Part shown: positions 8,838 through 17,624 of the stretch, piece after piece
How the letters are laid out: every line of letters starts with the position of its first letter
How positions within the stretch are numbered: the first letter of the stretch is position 1
Source: Marmoricola sp.
Lineage (GTDB): Bacteria; Actinomycetota; Actinomycetes; Propionibacteriales; Nocardioidaceae
DNA length: 36,723 nucleotides
Assembly (NCBI GenBank): GCA_052040065.1
Contig: JBQGFI010000073.1
Span: 1 to 36,723 of the forward strand
Direction: 5' to 3'
Translations under genes and position numbers: made by a program
Notes under the pieces: generated by a model
The model's input: only the letters and a program-made list of their open reading frames with translations
Databases searched by the model: none
Told to the model about the DNA's origin: nothing

Positions 8838-8888
8838 TTGCAGATCCCCAACGTGTGGCGTACGTTACATGACACAAAGTGTTATAAC
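8838..8888 (+). promoter_or_regulatory. Housekeeping-type promoter and candidate ROK operator for the sugar ABC operon
   Basis: TTGCAG (8838-8843)-N17-TACGTT (8861-8866), followed by the imperfect dyad ATGACAC-AAA-GTGTTAT (8869-8885) and the palindrome GTTATAAC (8881-8888) in an AT-rich patch. Confidence 0.6.
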
Positions 8889-8947
8889 CACAGCACAAGC
8901 CGTTAGAAGTCAGCGGACTCGGACCTGACCGGCTGAAAGGAACACCC

Positions 8948-9982
8948 ATGACCAGGCGGAACCTCAAGCGCGGCCGGCTCGCCACTCTCGCGACCTGCTC
9001 CCTCCTCGTGCTGACCGCGTGCGGCAGCTCTGGCGACAGTGGCGACTCCGACGACAGCGGGTCCGAGAGCGGCGACGCCCGTGTCGCGCTCGTCATCAAG
9101 GGCCTCGACAACCCGTTCTTCCAGTTCATGGAGGACGGCATCAACGCCCGCGCGGAGGTGTCGGGCACCGAGACCGAGATCCAGTCGGCGGCGTCGATCA
9201 CCGACACCGCCGGTCAGGCCGACAAGCTCTCCAGCGTCGCCAACCAAGACTTCGACTGCTACGTGGTCAACCCGATCAGCGGCACCAACCTGATCCAGGG
9301 GATCGCCCAGATCGCGGCCAAGGACAAGCCGATCGTCAACATCGACAACCCGGTCGAGGCCGACGCTGCCGACGCCGCGGGCGCGCAGATCACGACCTAC
9401 ATCGGCACCGACAACGTCGAGGCCGGGTCGATGGTGGCCGACCAGCTCGCCACGCTGGCCCCCGACGGTGGCGACGTGGCGGCCGTGGGAGGCATCGCGG
9501 GCGACGTGACGAGCGGGCAGCGGATCGAGGGCTTCAAGGACGGGCTCGCCGACAACTTCTCCGTGATCCAGGAGGTGGCCGCGAACTGGGACCGCCAGGA
9601 GGCGCAGACCCAGGCCGAGACCATCCTCCAGGCCAACCCCGACCTCGCGGCCTTCTTCGTGGCCAACGACGACATGGCCATGGGCGTCGCCCGCGCCGTG
9701 GCCGCCGCTGACCGCAAGGGCGAGACCCTGGTGGTCTCCGTCGACGGCATCGACGGGGTCGCCTCCGGTGACATCGACGCGGCCGTGGCGCAGTACCCCT
9801 TCGTCGTCGGCAAGATGGGCCTGGAGGCCTGCGAGGCAGCCGCGGCGGGCAACGACCTGCCCGAGTCGGTCGAGACGCCGATCGCACTCATCACCCCGGA
9901 CAACGCGGCCGAGGCGCAGGAGGCCTTCCCCGAGCCTCCGGGCGAGTACGACGACCCCTTCGCCGACATGCTCGACAAGTGA
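8948..9982 (+). CDS. Sugar ABC transporter substrate-binding lipoprotein (RbsB/AlsB-like)
   Basis: RBS GAAAGGAA; lipobox LTAC; KGLDNPFF, IVNID, ANWDR, ANDDMAMG and VDG motifs. Confidence 0.92.
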   Translation: MTRRNLKRGRLATLATCSLLVLTACGSSGDSGDSDDSGSESGDARVALVIKGLDNPFFQFMEDGINARAEVSGTETEIQSAASITDTAGQADKLSSVANQDFDCYVVNPISGTNLIQGIAQIAAKDKPIVNIDNPVEADAADAAGAQITTYIGTDNVEAGSMVADQLATLAPDGGDVAAVGGIAGDVTSGQRIEGFKDGLADNFSVIQEVAANWDRQEAQTQAETILQANPDLAAFFVANDDMAMGVARAVAAADRKGETLVVSVDGIDGVASGDIDAAVAQYPFVVGKMGLEACEAAAAGNDLPESVETPIALITPDNAAEAQEAFPEPPGEYDDPFADMLDK

Positions 9983-10007
9983 CCTGAGCGCCGACGCACC
10001 CTGACGT

Positions 10008-10043
10008 CCGGTGGTGGGCGAGACCATGTCCGCCCACCACCGG
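10008..10043 (+). other. 13-bp perfect inverted repeat after the binding-protein gene (mRNA stabiliser or partial terminator)
   Basis: CCGGTGGTGGGCG-N10-CGCCCACCACCGG between the SBP and permease genes, a usual position for differential-stability hairpins in ABC operons. Confidence 0.7.
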
Positions 10044-10069
10044 GCTCCACGACCGCCAGAGGACGTCCC

Positions 10070-11047
10070 ATGACCACCACCGCCGACCCGGACACGGACA
10101 CCGCCCGGAGATCGCCCACCGAGCTGTTCACCCCGTCGACGCTCGTCGAGTGGGCCTCGGTGATCGGGCTCGTCGTCCTGGCAGCCGTCTTCACGACCCT
10201 GGACCCGACCTTCCTGTCCTCCGGCAACGTGCGGGCGATGCTGCTGGCCTCGGCGATCCTGATCATCCTCGCCGTGGGGCAGTCCTTCGTCATCCTCACC
10301 GCGGGCATCGACCTCTCGATCGCCTCGACCATGACGCTCGCCGCCGTCGCCTTCGGCATGGCCATGACGAGCGGCAAGGGCCTGTTCGTCTCCTGCGTCG
10401 CCTCCGTGGTGGCCGGTGTCGCCGTCGGCCTGATCAACGGCCTGCTCGTCTCGAAGGGCCGGATCACCGACTTCATCGTCACGCTGGGCGCGCTCTCCGC
10501 CGCCTCCGGAGCCGCCCTGGTGCTCTCCGACGGCAAGCCCATCACGGTCATCAGCGCACCGCTCTTCAAGCTGTCCGCGGGCGGCGTGGGGCTGGTCCCC
10601 TACACCTTCATGATCGCCCTCGTGGTCGCGGTGGTGGCGCACCTGGTGCTCTTCAGCACGCGCTTCGGCACCCACGTCCTCGCCACGGGCGGCTCCGCGG
10701 AGGCCGCGCAGGCGACGGGCGTGCGCACGACCCGGATCAAGACCGCGGTCTACGTCATCTCGGGAGCCCTGGCGGGCGTCGCGGCCATCCTGCTCGTCGC
10801 GCGCGTCGGATCGGCGGAGCCGGCGGCCAACACCACCTTCCTGCTCAACTCGGTGGCGGCGGTGGTGCTCGGCGGCGTCAGCCTCTTCGGCGGCAAGGGC
10901 TCGATCAAGGGTCCCTTCTTCGGCGCCCTGCTCCTCACCGCGCTCGCCAACGGCCTGACGCTGCTCGGTGTCTCCCAGTTCTACCAACCCATCGCCATCG
11001 GCGTCGTCGTCGTCGGTGCCGCCTTCCTGACGAGGTTCGAACGATGA
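10070..11047 (+). CDS. Sugar ABC transporter permease (RbsC family)
   Basis: GIDLSI, FIVTLG, TRFG-(x)-ATGGS and AAVVLGGVSLFGGKGS motifs; hydrophobic throughout. Confidence 0.93.
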   Translation: MTTTADPDTDTARRSPTELFTPSTLVEWASVIGLVVLAAVFTTLDPTFLSSGNVRAMLLASAILIILAVGQSFVILTAGIDLSIASTMTLAAVAFGMAMTSGKGLFVSCVASVVAGVAVGLINGLLVSKGRITDFIVTLGALSAASGAALVLSDGKPITVISAPLFKLSAGGVGLVPYTFMIALVVAVVAHLVLFSTRFGTHVLATGGSAEAAQATGVRTTRIKTAVYVISGALAGVAAILLVARVGSAEPAANTTFLLNSVAAVVLGGVSLFGGKGSIKGPFFGALLLTALANGLTLLGVSQFYQPIAIGVVVVGAAFLTRFER

Positions 11048-11799
11048 CGACCACCACGACCGACCTGCTGTCGGCACGCGACGTCTCCCTGTCCTTCGGT
11101 CCCGTCAAGGCGCTCCAGGACGTCTCGCTGGGCCTGCGCTCCGGTGAGATCACCGCGCTCGTCGGCGACAACGGCGCCGGCAAGTCCACCCTGGTGCGCT
11201 GCATCGCCGGCGTGCACCAGCCTGACTCGGGTGAGATCGTCTTCGACGGTGCAGCGGTGACCTTCTCCGGTCCTGACCAGTCACGCCGGATCGGCATCGA
11301 GACGGTGCACCAGAACCTCGCGCTGGTCGAGGACCTGACCGTGTGGCAGAACCTCTTCCTCAACCGTGAGGACTGCCTCTCGATCGGACCGGTCAAGATC
11401 TTGCGCAAGCGCAAGATGCGGCGGGACGCCGAGGAGATGGTCTCCAAGCTGGCCGTCAACGTGCCGGCCGTGACCAAGACCGTGCGTCGTCTCTCCGGCG
11501 GCCAGCGACAGGCGGTGGCGATCTGCCGTGCCGCCGGCTTCAGCTCCAAGCTGGTGATCATGGACGAGCCGACGGCGGCGCTCGGCGTCCAGGAGACCGC
11601 CCGCGTGGAGGAGCTGATTCTCCGGCTGCGCGACGAGGGCCACGCCGTCCTGCTCGTGAGCCACAACTTCGAGCAGGTCATGCGACTCTCCGACCAGGTG
11701 TGGGTGATGCGCACCGGTCGTTGCGTCGCGGGCCGCCGCACGGCCGAGACCACCGGACAAGAGATCGTCGGCCTCATCACCGGCGCCGTCAGCGAGTAG
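11044..11799 (+). CDS. Sugar ABC transporter ATP-binding protein (single domain)
   Basis: ATG 11044 overlaps the permease TGA. Walker A GDNGAGKST, signature LSGGQRQ, Walker B IMDEPT and H-loop VSH. Confidence 0.93.
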   Translation: MTTTTTDLLSARDVSLSFGPVKALQDVSLGLRSGEITALVGDNGAGKSTLVRCIAGVHQPDSGEIVFDGAAVTFSGPDQSRRIGIETVHQNLALVEDLTVWQNLFLNREDCLSIGPVKILRKRKMRRDAEEMVSKLAVNVPAVTKTVRRLSGGQRQAVAICRAAGFSSKLVIMDEPTAALGVQETARVEELILRLRDEGHAVLLVSHNFEQVMRLSDQVWVMRTGRCVAGRRTAETTGQEIVGLITGAVSE

Positions 11800-11815
11800 A
11801 GGACCAGTCCACACG

Positions 11816-12697
11816 ATGAAGAGCTATGAGAACCCGATCGGCGTCCACGCCCTGGTCTGGGTCGGCGGCACCACCGACGACGAGGTCGCGGAGGCCGTAC
11901 GACGTACCGCGGCCGCAGGCTACGACCTGCTGGAGCTGTCGCTGCACGACATGGCGCGGCTCGACACCGCGGCCGCCCGGGCCGCGCTCGAGGCCGCCGG
12001 CCTCGGAGTCGCGTGCTCGCGGGGCCTGGCCTTCGACGCCGACGTCTCCAGCGACGACCCGGAGGTGGTCTCGCGGGGGGCCGAGATCCTCCGGGCCTCG
12101 CTCGACGTCGCCCACGAGCTGGGCGCCCCGATCCTCACCGGTGCTCTCTACAGCGCCCTCGGCAAGTACGGCCACCGGCTGACCGAGCGCGGCCGGGCCA
12201 ACGTCGTGACGGTGCTGCGCGAACTCGCCCAAGAGGCGGCGGGTCGCGGGATGCAGCTGGGCCTGGAGATCTGCAACCGCTACGAGACCAACGTGGTCAA
12301 CAGCGCCCGCGACTGCCTGCGCCTGGCTGACGACATCGGTGCCGACAACGTCGTGATCCACCTCGACACCTACCACATGAACATCGAGGAGTCCGACCTC
12401 GTGACCCCGGTCTACGAGGTCGGCGACCGGCTCGGCTACGTGCACATCGGGGAGAACCACCGCGGCTACCTCGGCGCCGGTTCCCTGGACTTCGCGGGCT
12501 TCTTCCACGCGCTGACCCGGACCGGCTACACCGGCCCGATCACCTTCGAGAGCTTCTCCTCGGCGGTGGTGAGCCCGACGCTCTCCAACGACCTCGCGAT
12601 ATGGCGCAATCTCTGGTCCGACGGCGACGACCTCGCCCGGCGCGCCCGCTCCTACATCGACGACGGTCTGGTCGCTTCCCTCACCGGCGTGCGATGA
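11816..12697 (+). CDS. Ketose 3-epimerase (D-allulose/D-tagatose/L-ribulose 3-epimerase family)
   Basis: GVHALVW, DVSSDDP, LEICNRYETN, IHLDTYHMNIEE, YVHIGENHRGYLG, TFESFS and IWRNLW. These carry the Glu-Asp-His-Glu metal ligands and resemble the Arthrobacter globiformis D-allulose 3-epimerase as I recall it. Confidence 0.9.
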   Translation: MKSYENPIGVHALVWVGGTTDDEVAEAVRRTAAAGYDLLELSLHDMARLDTAAARAALEAAGLGVACSRGLAFDADVSSDDPEVVSRGAEILRASLDVAHELGAPILTGALYSALGKYGHRLTERGRANVVTVLRELAQEAAGRGMQLGLEICNRYETNVVNSARDCLRLADDIGADNVVIHLDTYHMNIEESDLVTPVYEVGDRLGYVHIGENHRGYLGAGSLDFAGFFHALTRTGYTGPITFESFSSAVVSPTLSNDLAIWRNLWSDGDDLARRARSYIDDGLVASLTGVR

Positions 12698-14088
12698 CCG
12701 TCCGCGCCACCCTCGGAGTCGACCTCGGGACCAGCGGCGTGAAGGTCGTGCTGGTCGACGACTCCGGCACGGTGCTCGCGCGGGCGGCGCGCGGCTATGC
12801 CGTGAGCTCGCCGCGTCCCGGGTGGGCCGAGTCCGATCCCGCCGACTGGGAGCGGGCGACGCGTGAGGCGGTCGCCGAGGTCGTGGGGTCGTCGACCGCG
12901 ACCGTGGCCGCGCTCGGTGTCGACGGACAGATGCACGGATCGGTGCTGGTCGACGGGGCCGGCGCCCCAGTGCGAGCCGCGGTGCTGTGGCCGGACTCGC
13001 GTGCGCGGGAGGAGCTGGCGCTGTGGCGTGACCTCGCTCCAGCCCAGCGGTCGGCCCTGGCCAACCCACTCACGCCCGGTATGACGGGCCCGGTGCTCGC
13101 GTGGCTGTGCCGCCACGAGCCCGAGGTGCTCGCCCGCGCTGCCCGGGTGCTCCTCCCGAAGGACTGGCTGCGGTCCCGGCTGGTGCCCGGTGCCCTCGTC
13201 ACCGACGCATCCGACGCGTCCGCGACGCTGCTCTACGACGTGGTCGCCGACGCCTGGGACCGCGATCTCGTCGCTCGGATCGGTGTGGACCCTGCGATGC
13301 TCCCGACGGTCGTCGGCTCGGGTGATGCGGTCGGCACCCTCGACGCCACGACCGCTGAGGCCTGGGGGCTCCCGGCCGGGATCCCGGTCGCCGCCGGCTG
13401 CGCCGACGTCGCGGCGACCCTGCTGGGGTCCGCCGCGCCGGAGGGCCGGCTGCTGTTGACGGTCGGTACAGGAGGACAGGTCGTGCTGCCCGGCGTCACG
13501 CCGCGTCCCGCCGACCCCGCGACCTTTCACACCTACCGGGCTGCCGAGGGTCACTACGCCATGGCGGCCGTGATGAACGCCGGGCTGGCCCTGGAGCGGG
13601 TCGTCACCCTGCTCGGCGCCGGCTGGGAGGAGGTGTACGCCGACTACGATCGCGACCGCGCGCTGCCCGTCTTCGTGCCCTTCCTCGCGGGCGAGCGGCT
13701 TCCTACGCCGACCCCACCGGGCGGCGGCTGGTCGGGCATCACCCTCGCCACGGCGCGTGCCGACCTCCTCGCAGCGGCCCTGGAGGGCGTCGCCTTCGGC
13801 ATTCGGCGCGCGATCGAGTGGCTGCCGCCGGGCGAGGAGACTGTGGATCTGGCCGGCGGGGGCAGTCGCAGCCCGGTGCTGAGCCAGCTGCTCGCCGACA
13901 CGCTCGGTCGCCCGCTGCGGCGCGTGCATCACCCCGATGCCAGCGCGGTCGGGGCCGCGCGGCTGGGACTGAGGTCGGCCGGCGAGGACCTCGGGGTGCC
14001 GACCGGGGGCGGCGAGCTGATCGAGCCTGCGCCGTCCTCGGCGCTTGAGGAGCGCTACCTGCGCTTCGTGGAGATGGCCGGTGGATGA
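12694..14088 (+). CDS. FGGY carbohydrate kinase (xylulokinase-like)
   Basis: ATG 12694 overlaps the epimerase TGA. LGVDLGTSGVK, GQMHG, LWPDSRA, LPKDW, TDASDASAT, GTGG, PFLAGER, ALEGVAF and AGGGSRS motifs. Confidence 0.9.
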   Translation: MTVRATLGVDLGTSGVKVVLVDDSGTVLARAARGYAVSSPRPGWAESDPADWERATREAVAEVVGSSTATVAALGVDGQMHGSVLVDGAGAPVRAAVLWPDSRAREELALWRDLAPAQRSALANPLTPGMTGPVLAWLCRHEPEVLARAARVLLPKDWLRSRLVPGALVTDASDASATLLYDVVADAWDRDLVARIGVDPAMLPTVVGSGDAVGTLDATTAEAWGLPAGIPVAAGCADVAATLLGSAAPEGRLLLTVGTGGQVVLPGVTPRPADPATFHTYRAAEGHYAMAAVMNAGLALERVVTLLGAGWEEVYADYDRDRALPVFVPFLAGERLPTPTPPGGGWSGITLATARADLLAAALEGVAFGIRRAIEWLPPGEETVDLAGGGSRSPVLSQLLADTLGRPLRRVHHPDASAVGAARLGLRSAGEDLGVPTGGGELIEPAPSSALEERYLRFVEMAGG

Positions 14089-15148
14089 GCCGCGCGGCGA
14101 CGCTGTCCGCTGGGCGGTCGCCGGCTGGGGAGCCGGCGGTCGGGTCTTCCACGCCCCCCTGTTGACGGCCGCGCACGGTCTCGACCTCGCCGCGGTCGTC
14201 TCGACGAACCCCGAACGGGCCGCGCAGGCGCGGGCCGCCGGGCACCTCGTCGTCCCGGACCTGGCCGCGCTGGTCGACCACGGCGTCGACGGCGTCACCG
14301 TCACGACGCCGGCGCGCACGCACGTCCCACTGGCGCTCGAGGCGCTGGCAGCGGGTCTCCACGTGGTGGTGGACAAACCCTTCGCCCTCACCGGCACTGA
14401 CGCCGAGCTGCTCGTGAGGACCGCCGAGGACCGGGGCCAGGTGCTCACGGCGTACCAGAACCGGCGGTGGGACGGTGACTTCCTCACCGTCGCCGACGAG
14501 CTCCGCAGCGGTCGGGTGGGCGAGGTCCTGCGTGTCGTGTCTCGGATTGAGCGCTTCGAGCCCGCCCTGCCGGCATGGACGCGCGAGGTGCCGTCCGAGC
14601 AGGGCGGTGGCGTCCTCGTCGACCTCGGACCGCACCTGATCGACCAGCTGGTGCACCTCCTCGGGCCGGTGGCGTCCGTCGCCGCCGAGCTGACCACCAC
14701 CGATCCCCGCAGGGCCAGCGAGGACGACGTCGTGCTCCAGCTGCGGCACGTGGGTGGAGCGCTGTCGACCGTGGTGGCCTCCGTGCGGGCGGCGACGGAG
14801 GGGCCTCGATTCCAGGTCAACGGCACGACGGGCGGTGTCTTGATCGAGGGTTTCGACGTGCAGGAGGCGCAGCTCTTCGCCGGCGTGCGACCCGGAGACC
14901 CGGGATGGGCCCAGGAGCCGGCGTCACGCCCGGCGAGGGTGCGCACCCGAGAAGGGTGGTCGGTGCGGCCACTGCTGCCTGGCCGGTGGGACACCTTCTA
15001 CCCGGCGGTGGCCGCCGCAGTGCGCGACGGCGCCCCCGCACCTGTCGACCCGTGGGACAGCGTGCACGTGGCACGCGTGTTCGACGCCGCGAGGCGCTCG
15101 GGCGCCGAGGGCCGCCGGGTCGAGGTGGTCAAGGCAGCCTCAGCCTAG
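14081..15148 (+). CDS. Gfo/Idh/MocA-family NAD(P)-dependent oxidoreductase (IolW/YdgJ-like)
   Basis: GWGAGGRVFHAP, HVVVDKP, YQNRRWDGDF and GGGVLVDLGPHLIDQ motifs. GTG start at 14081 overlaps the end of the kinase gene. Confidence 0.88.
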   Translation: MDEPRGDAVRWAVAGWGAGGRVFHAPLLTAAHGLDLAAVVSTNPERAAQARAAGHLVVPDLAALVDHGVDGVTVTTPARTHVPLALEALAAGLHVVVDKPFALTGTDAELLVRTAEDRGQVLTAYQNRRWDGDFLTVADELRSGRVGEVLRVVSRIERFEPALPAWTREVPSEQGGGVLVDLGPHLIDQLVHLLGPVASVAAELTTTDPRRASEDDVVLQLRHVGGALSTVVASVRAATEGPRFQVNGTTGGVLIEGFDVQEAQLFAGVRPGDPGWAQEPASRPARVRTREGWSVRPLLPGRWDTFYPAVAAAVRDGAPAPVDPWDSVHVARVFDAARRSGAEGRRVEVVKAASA

Positions 15149-15763
15149 GAGCGTCGTCTCCCGGGCCAGCCTGGTGATGCGGGCCCAGTCGCCGGCGTCG
15201 ACGGCGCCGGCCGGGGTGAGCCAGGAGCCGCCGACGCACCCGACGTTGGGAAGGGCTAGGTACGACGCCGCGGTCGACGCGGTGATGCCACCCGTCGGGC
15301 AGAAGCGGGCCTGGGGCACGGGGGCGCCGAGCGACTTCAGGAAGGGCGCACCGCCGGACTGCTCGGCGGGGAAGAACTTCAGCTCCTCGTAGCCGAGCTC
15401 GAGCAGCCGCAGCACCTCGCTCACGGTGGCCGCACCGGGCAGGTGCGGCAGCCCGGTCTCCTGCATCGCCGCCGCGAGCGACTCGGTGGTGCCGGGGGAG
15501 ACCAGGAACTGCGCGCCGGCCGAGAGCGCGTCCTTGGCCTGCGAGGGCGCCACCACGGTGCCGACGCCGAGCAGGATGTCGGGCACCGCGGCGGCGATGG
15601 CCTCGACGCAGGCCAGCGCAGCGGGGGTGCGCAGCGTCAGCTCGATGACGGGCACGCCGCCCTCGACGAGGGCCTCGGCGACCGGCACGGCGTGCGCGAC
15701 GTCGTGGAGCACGACGACCGGGATCACCGGGGTGCGGTCCAGCAGGCTGTCGGTGGTGCTCAT
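15140..15763 (-). CDS. eda: KDPG/KHG aldolase
   Basis: PVIPVV, IELTLRT, GVGTV, FLVSPG, LKFFPA, FCPTGGI and VGGSW motifs. Confidence 0.95.
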   Translation of the reverse strand: MSTTDSLLDRTPVIPVVVLHDVAHAVPVAEALVEGGVPVIELTLRTPAALACVEAIAAAVPDILLGVGTVVAPSQAKDALSAGAQFLVSPGTTESLAAAMQETGLPHLPGAATVSEVLRLLELGYEELKFFPAEQSGGAPFLKSLGAPVPQARFCPTGGITASTAASYLALPNVGCVGGSWLTPAGAVDAGDWARITRLARETTLLG

Positions 15764-17598
15764 CAGAGCTGCTCCTTGCGGGTGGCGAAGACCGAGGCGC
15801 CCTCGTCGGCGGGGCCGACGTGGGAGCGGAAGGCCGCGAAGAGCTCGCGGCCGGTGCCGTAGACGAAGCTGTCGTCGGCGGAGGCCGCCTCGCGCTCGTC
15901 GAGCTCGTGCTCGGCGACGTGCAGCTCGAGGATGCCGGCGTCCGCGTCGAGCGAGACCAGGTCGCCGTCGCGCACCCGTGCCAGCGGTCCGCCGACCGAG
16001 GCCTCCGGGGTGAGGTGGATGGCCGCGGGGACCTTGCCCGAGGCCCCGCTCATCCGGCCGTCGGTCACCACGGCGACGCGCTGGCCGCGATCCTGCAGCA
16101 CACCGAGGGCCGGGGTGAGCTTGTGCAGCTCCGGCATCCCGTTGGCCGCCGGGCCCTGGAAGCGGATGACCGCGACGAAGTCGCCGGTCAGCTCACCGTC
16201 GCTGAAGGCCTGCAAGAAGTCGGCCTGGTCGTCGAAGACCCGCGCGGGCGCCTTCACCTGCCGGTGCTCCGGCGCGACCGCCGAGGTCTTGATCACCGAG
16301 CGGCCGAGGTTGCCCGAGAGCATCCGCAGGCCGCCGTCGGTGCTGAAGGGGTCGTCCGCGCCGCGGAGGACCTCGGTGTCCAGCGAACGCTTCGGACCCT
16401 CCTCCCAGCTCAGCTCTCCCCCGATGAGCCGAGCCTCGCTCGTGTAGCGCCACAGGCCGTGACCGGCCACGGTGCGCACGTCGTCGTGCAGCAGTCCCGC
16501 CTTGAGCAGCGAGTGCACGGTGAAGCCGAGGCCCCCCGCGGCGTGGAAGTGGTTGATGTCGGCCTTGCCGTTGGGGTAGACCCGCGCCATCAGCGGGACC
16601 ACCGCCGAGAGGTCGGCCAGGTCGTCCCAGGTCAACGTGATGCCGGCGGCCTTCGCGATCGCGACCAGGTGCATCGTGTGGTTGGTCGAGCCGCCAGTGG
16701 CGAGCAGGGCCACGCAGCCGTTGACGATCGCCTTCTCGTCGACGACGTGCCCCACCGGTGTCCAGCTCTCGCCCCAGGCGGTCAGGGCCGTCGCCCGCGC
16801 GGCCGCGGCGTCGGTCAGCGCCGCGCGCAGCGGCGTCCCGGGGTTGACGAAGGAGGCGCCCGGCAGGTGCAGGCCCATGACCTCCATCAGCAGCTGGTTG
16901 GAGTTGGCGGTGCCGTAGAAGGTGCAGGTGCCCGCCGAGTGGTACGACGCCGACTCGGCCTCGAGCAGCGCCTCGCGGTCGACCTCGCCGGCGGCGTACT
17001 GCTGCCGGATCCGCGCCTTCTCGCCGTTGGGCAGGCCCGAGGTCATCGGGCCCGCGGGCACGAAGACCGCCGGCAGGTGGCCGAAGGACAGCGCGCCGAT
17101 GAGCATGCCCGGCACGATCTTGTCGCAGACGCCGAGCATCAAGGTGGCGTCGAACATGTCGTGGCTGAGCGCGATCGCCGTCGACATCGCGATGACGTCA
17201 CGGCTGAAGAGCGAGAGCTGCATGCCCTCGCGACCCTGGGTGATGCCGTCGCACATCGCCGGCACGCCGCCGGCGAACTGGGCGATGCCGCCCGAGCGCA
17301 CCACCGCGCGCTTGAGCTGGGCCGGGACGGTCTCGAAGGGCTGGTGGGCCGAGAGCATGTCGTTGTAGGCCGACACGATCGCCACGTTGGGCTTGACCTT
17401 GCCGCGCAGCGCGGCCTTGTCGACCTCGCCGGACGCGGCGAAGCCGTGCGCGAGGTTGGCGCAGGCCAGCCGGGTGCGCATCGGGCCGCGCTCGGCGGCC
17501 TGCTCGAGGCGGTCGAGGTACGCCGTGCGCTCGGCCGCGGAGCGCTCGACGATGCGGGCGGTCACCTCGGCGAGCACGGGGTGGGTGGTGGGGGGCAT
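15763..17598 (-). CDS. edd: 6-phosphogluconate dehydratase
   Basis: [67 protein letters not shown] and [11 protein letters not shown] motifs; ATG 17598 with RBS AAGGAG. Confidence 0.95.
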   Translation of the reverse strand: MPPTTHPVLAEVTARIVERSAAERTAYLDRLEQAAERGPMRTRLACANLAHGFAASGEVDKAALRGKVKPNVAIVSAYNDMLSAHQPFETVPAQLKRAVVRSGGIAQFAGGVPAMCDGITQGREGMQLSLFSRDVIAMSTAIALSHDMFDATLMLGVCDKIVPGMLIGALSFGHLPAVFVPAGPMTSGLPNGEKARIRQQYAAGEVDREALLEAESASYHSAGTCTFYGTANSNQLLMEVMGLHLPGASFVNPGTPLRAALTDAAAARATALTAWGESWTPVGHVVDEKAIVNGCVALLATGGSTNHTMHLVAIAKAAGITLTWDDLADLSAVVPLMARVYPNGKADINHFHAAGGLGFTVHSLLKAGLLHDDVRTVAGHGLWRYTSEARLIGGELSWEEGPKRSLDTEVLRGADDPFSTDGGLRMLSGNLGRSVIKTSAVAPEHRQVKAPARVFDDQADFLQAFSDGELTGDFVAVIRFQGPAANGMPELHKLTPALGVLQDRGQRVAVVTDGRMSGASGKVPAAIHLTPEASVGGPLARVRDGDLVSLDADAGILELHVAEHELDEREAASADDSFVYGTGRELFAAFRSHVGPADEGASVFATRKEQL

Positions 17599-17624
17599 GG
17601 GCGGGGCTCCTTGTCCGGAGGTGG

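Noticed and set aside
5500-15160. Integrative element or transposon with att sites or terminal repeats
   Set aside because: No recombinase, tRNA target or matching junction repeats were found by eye.
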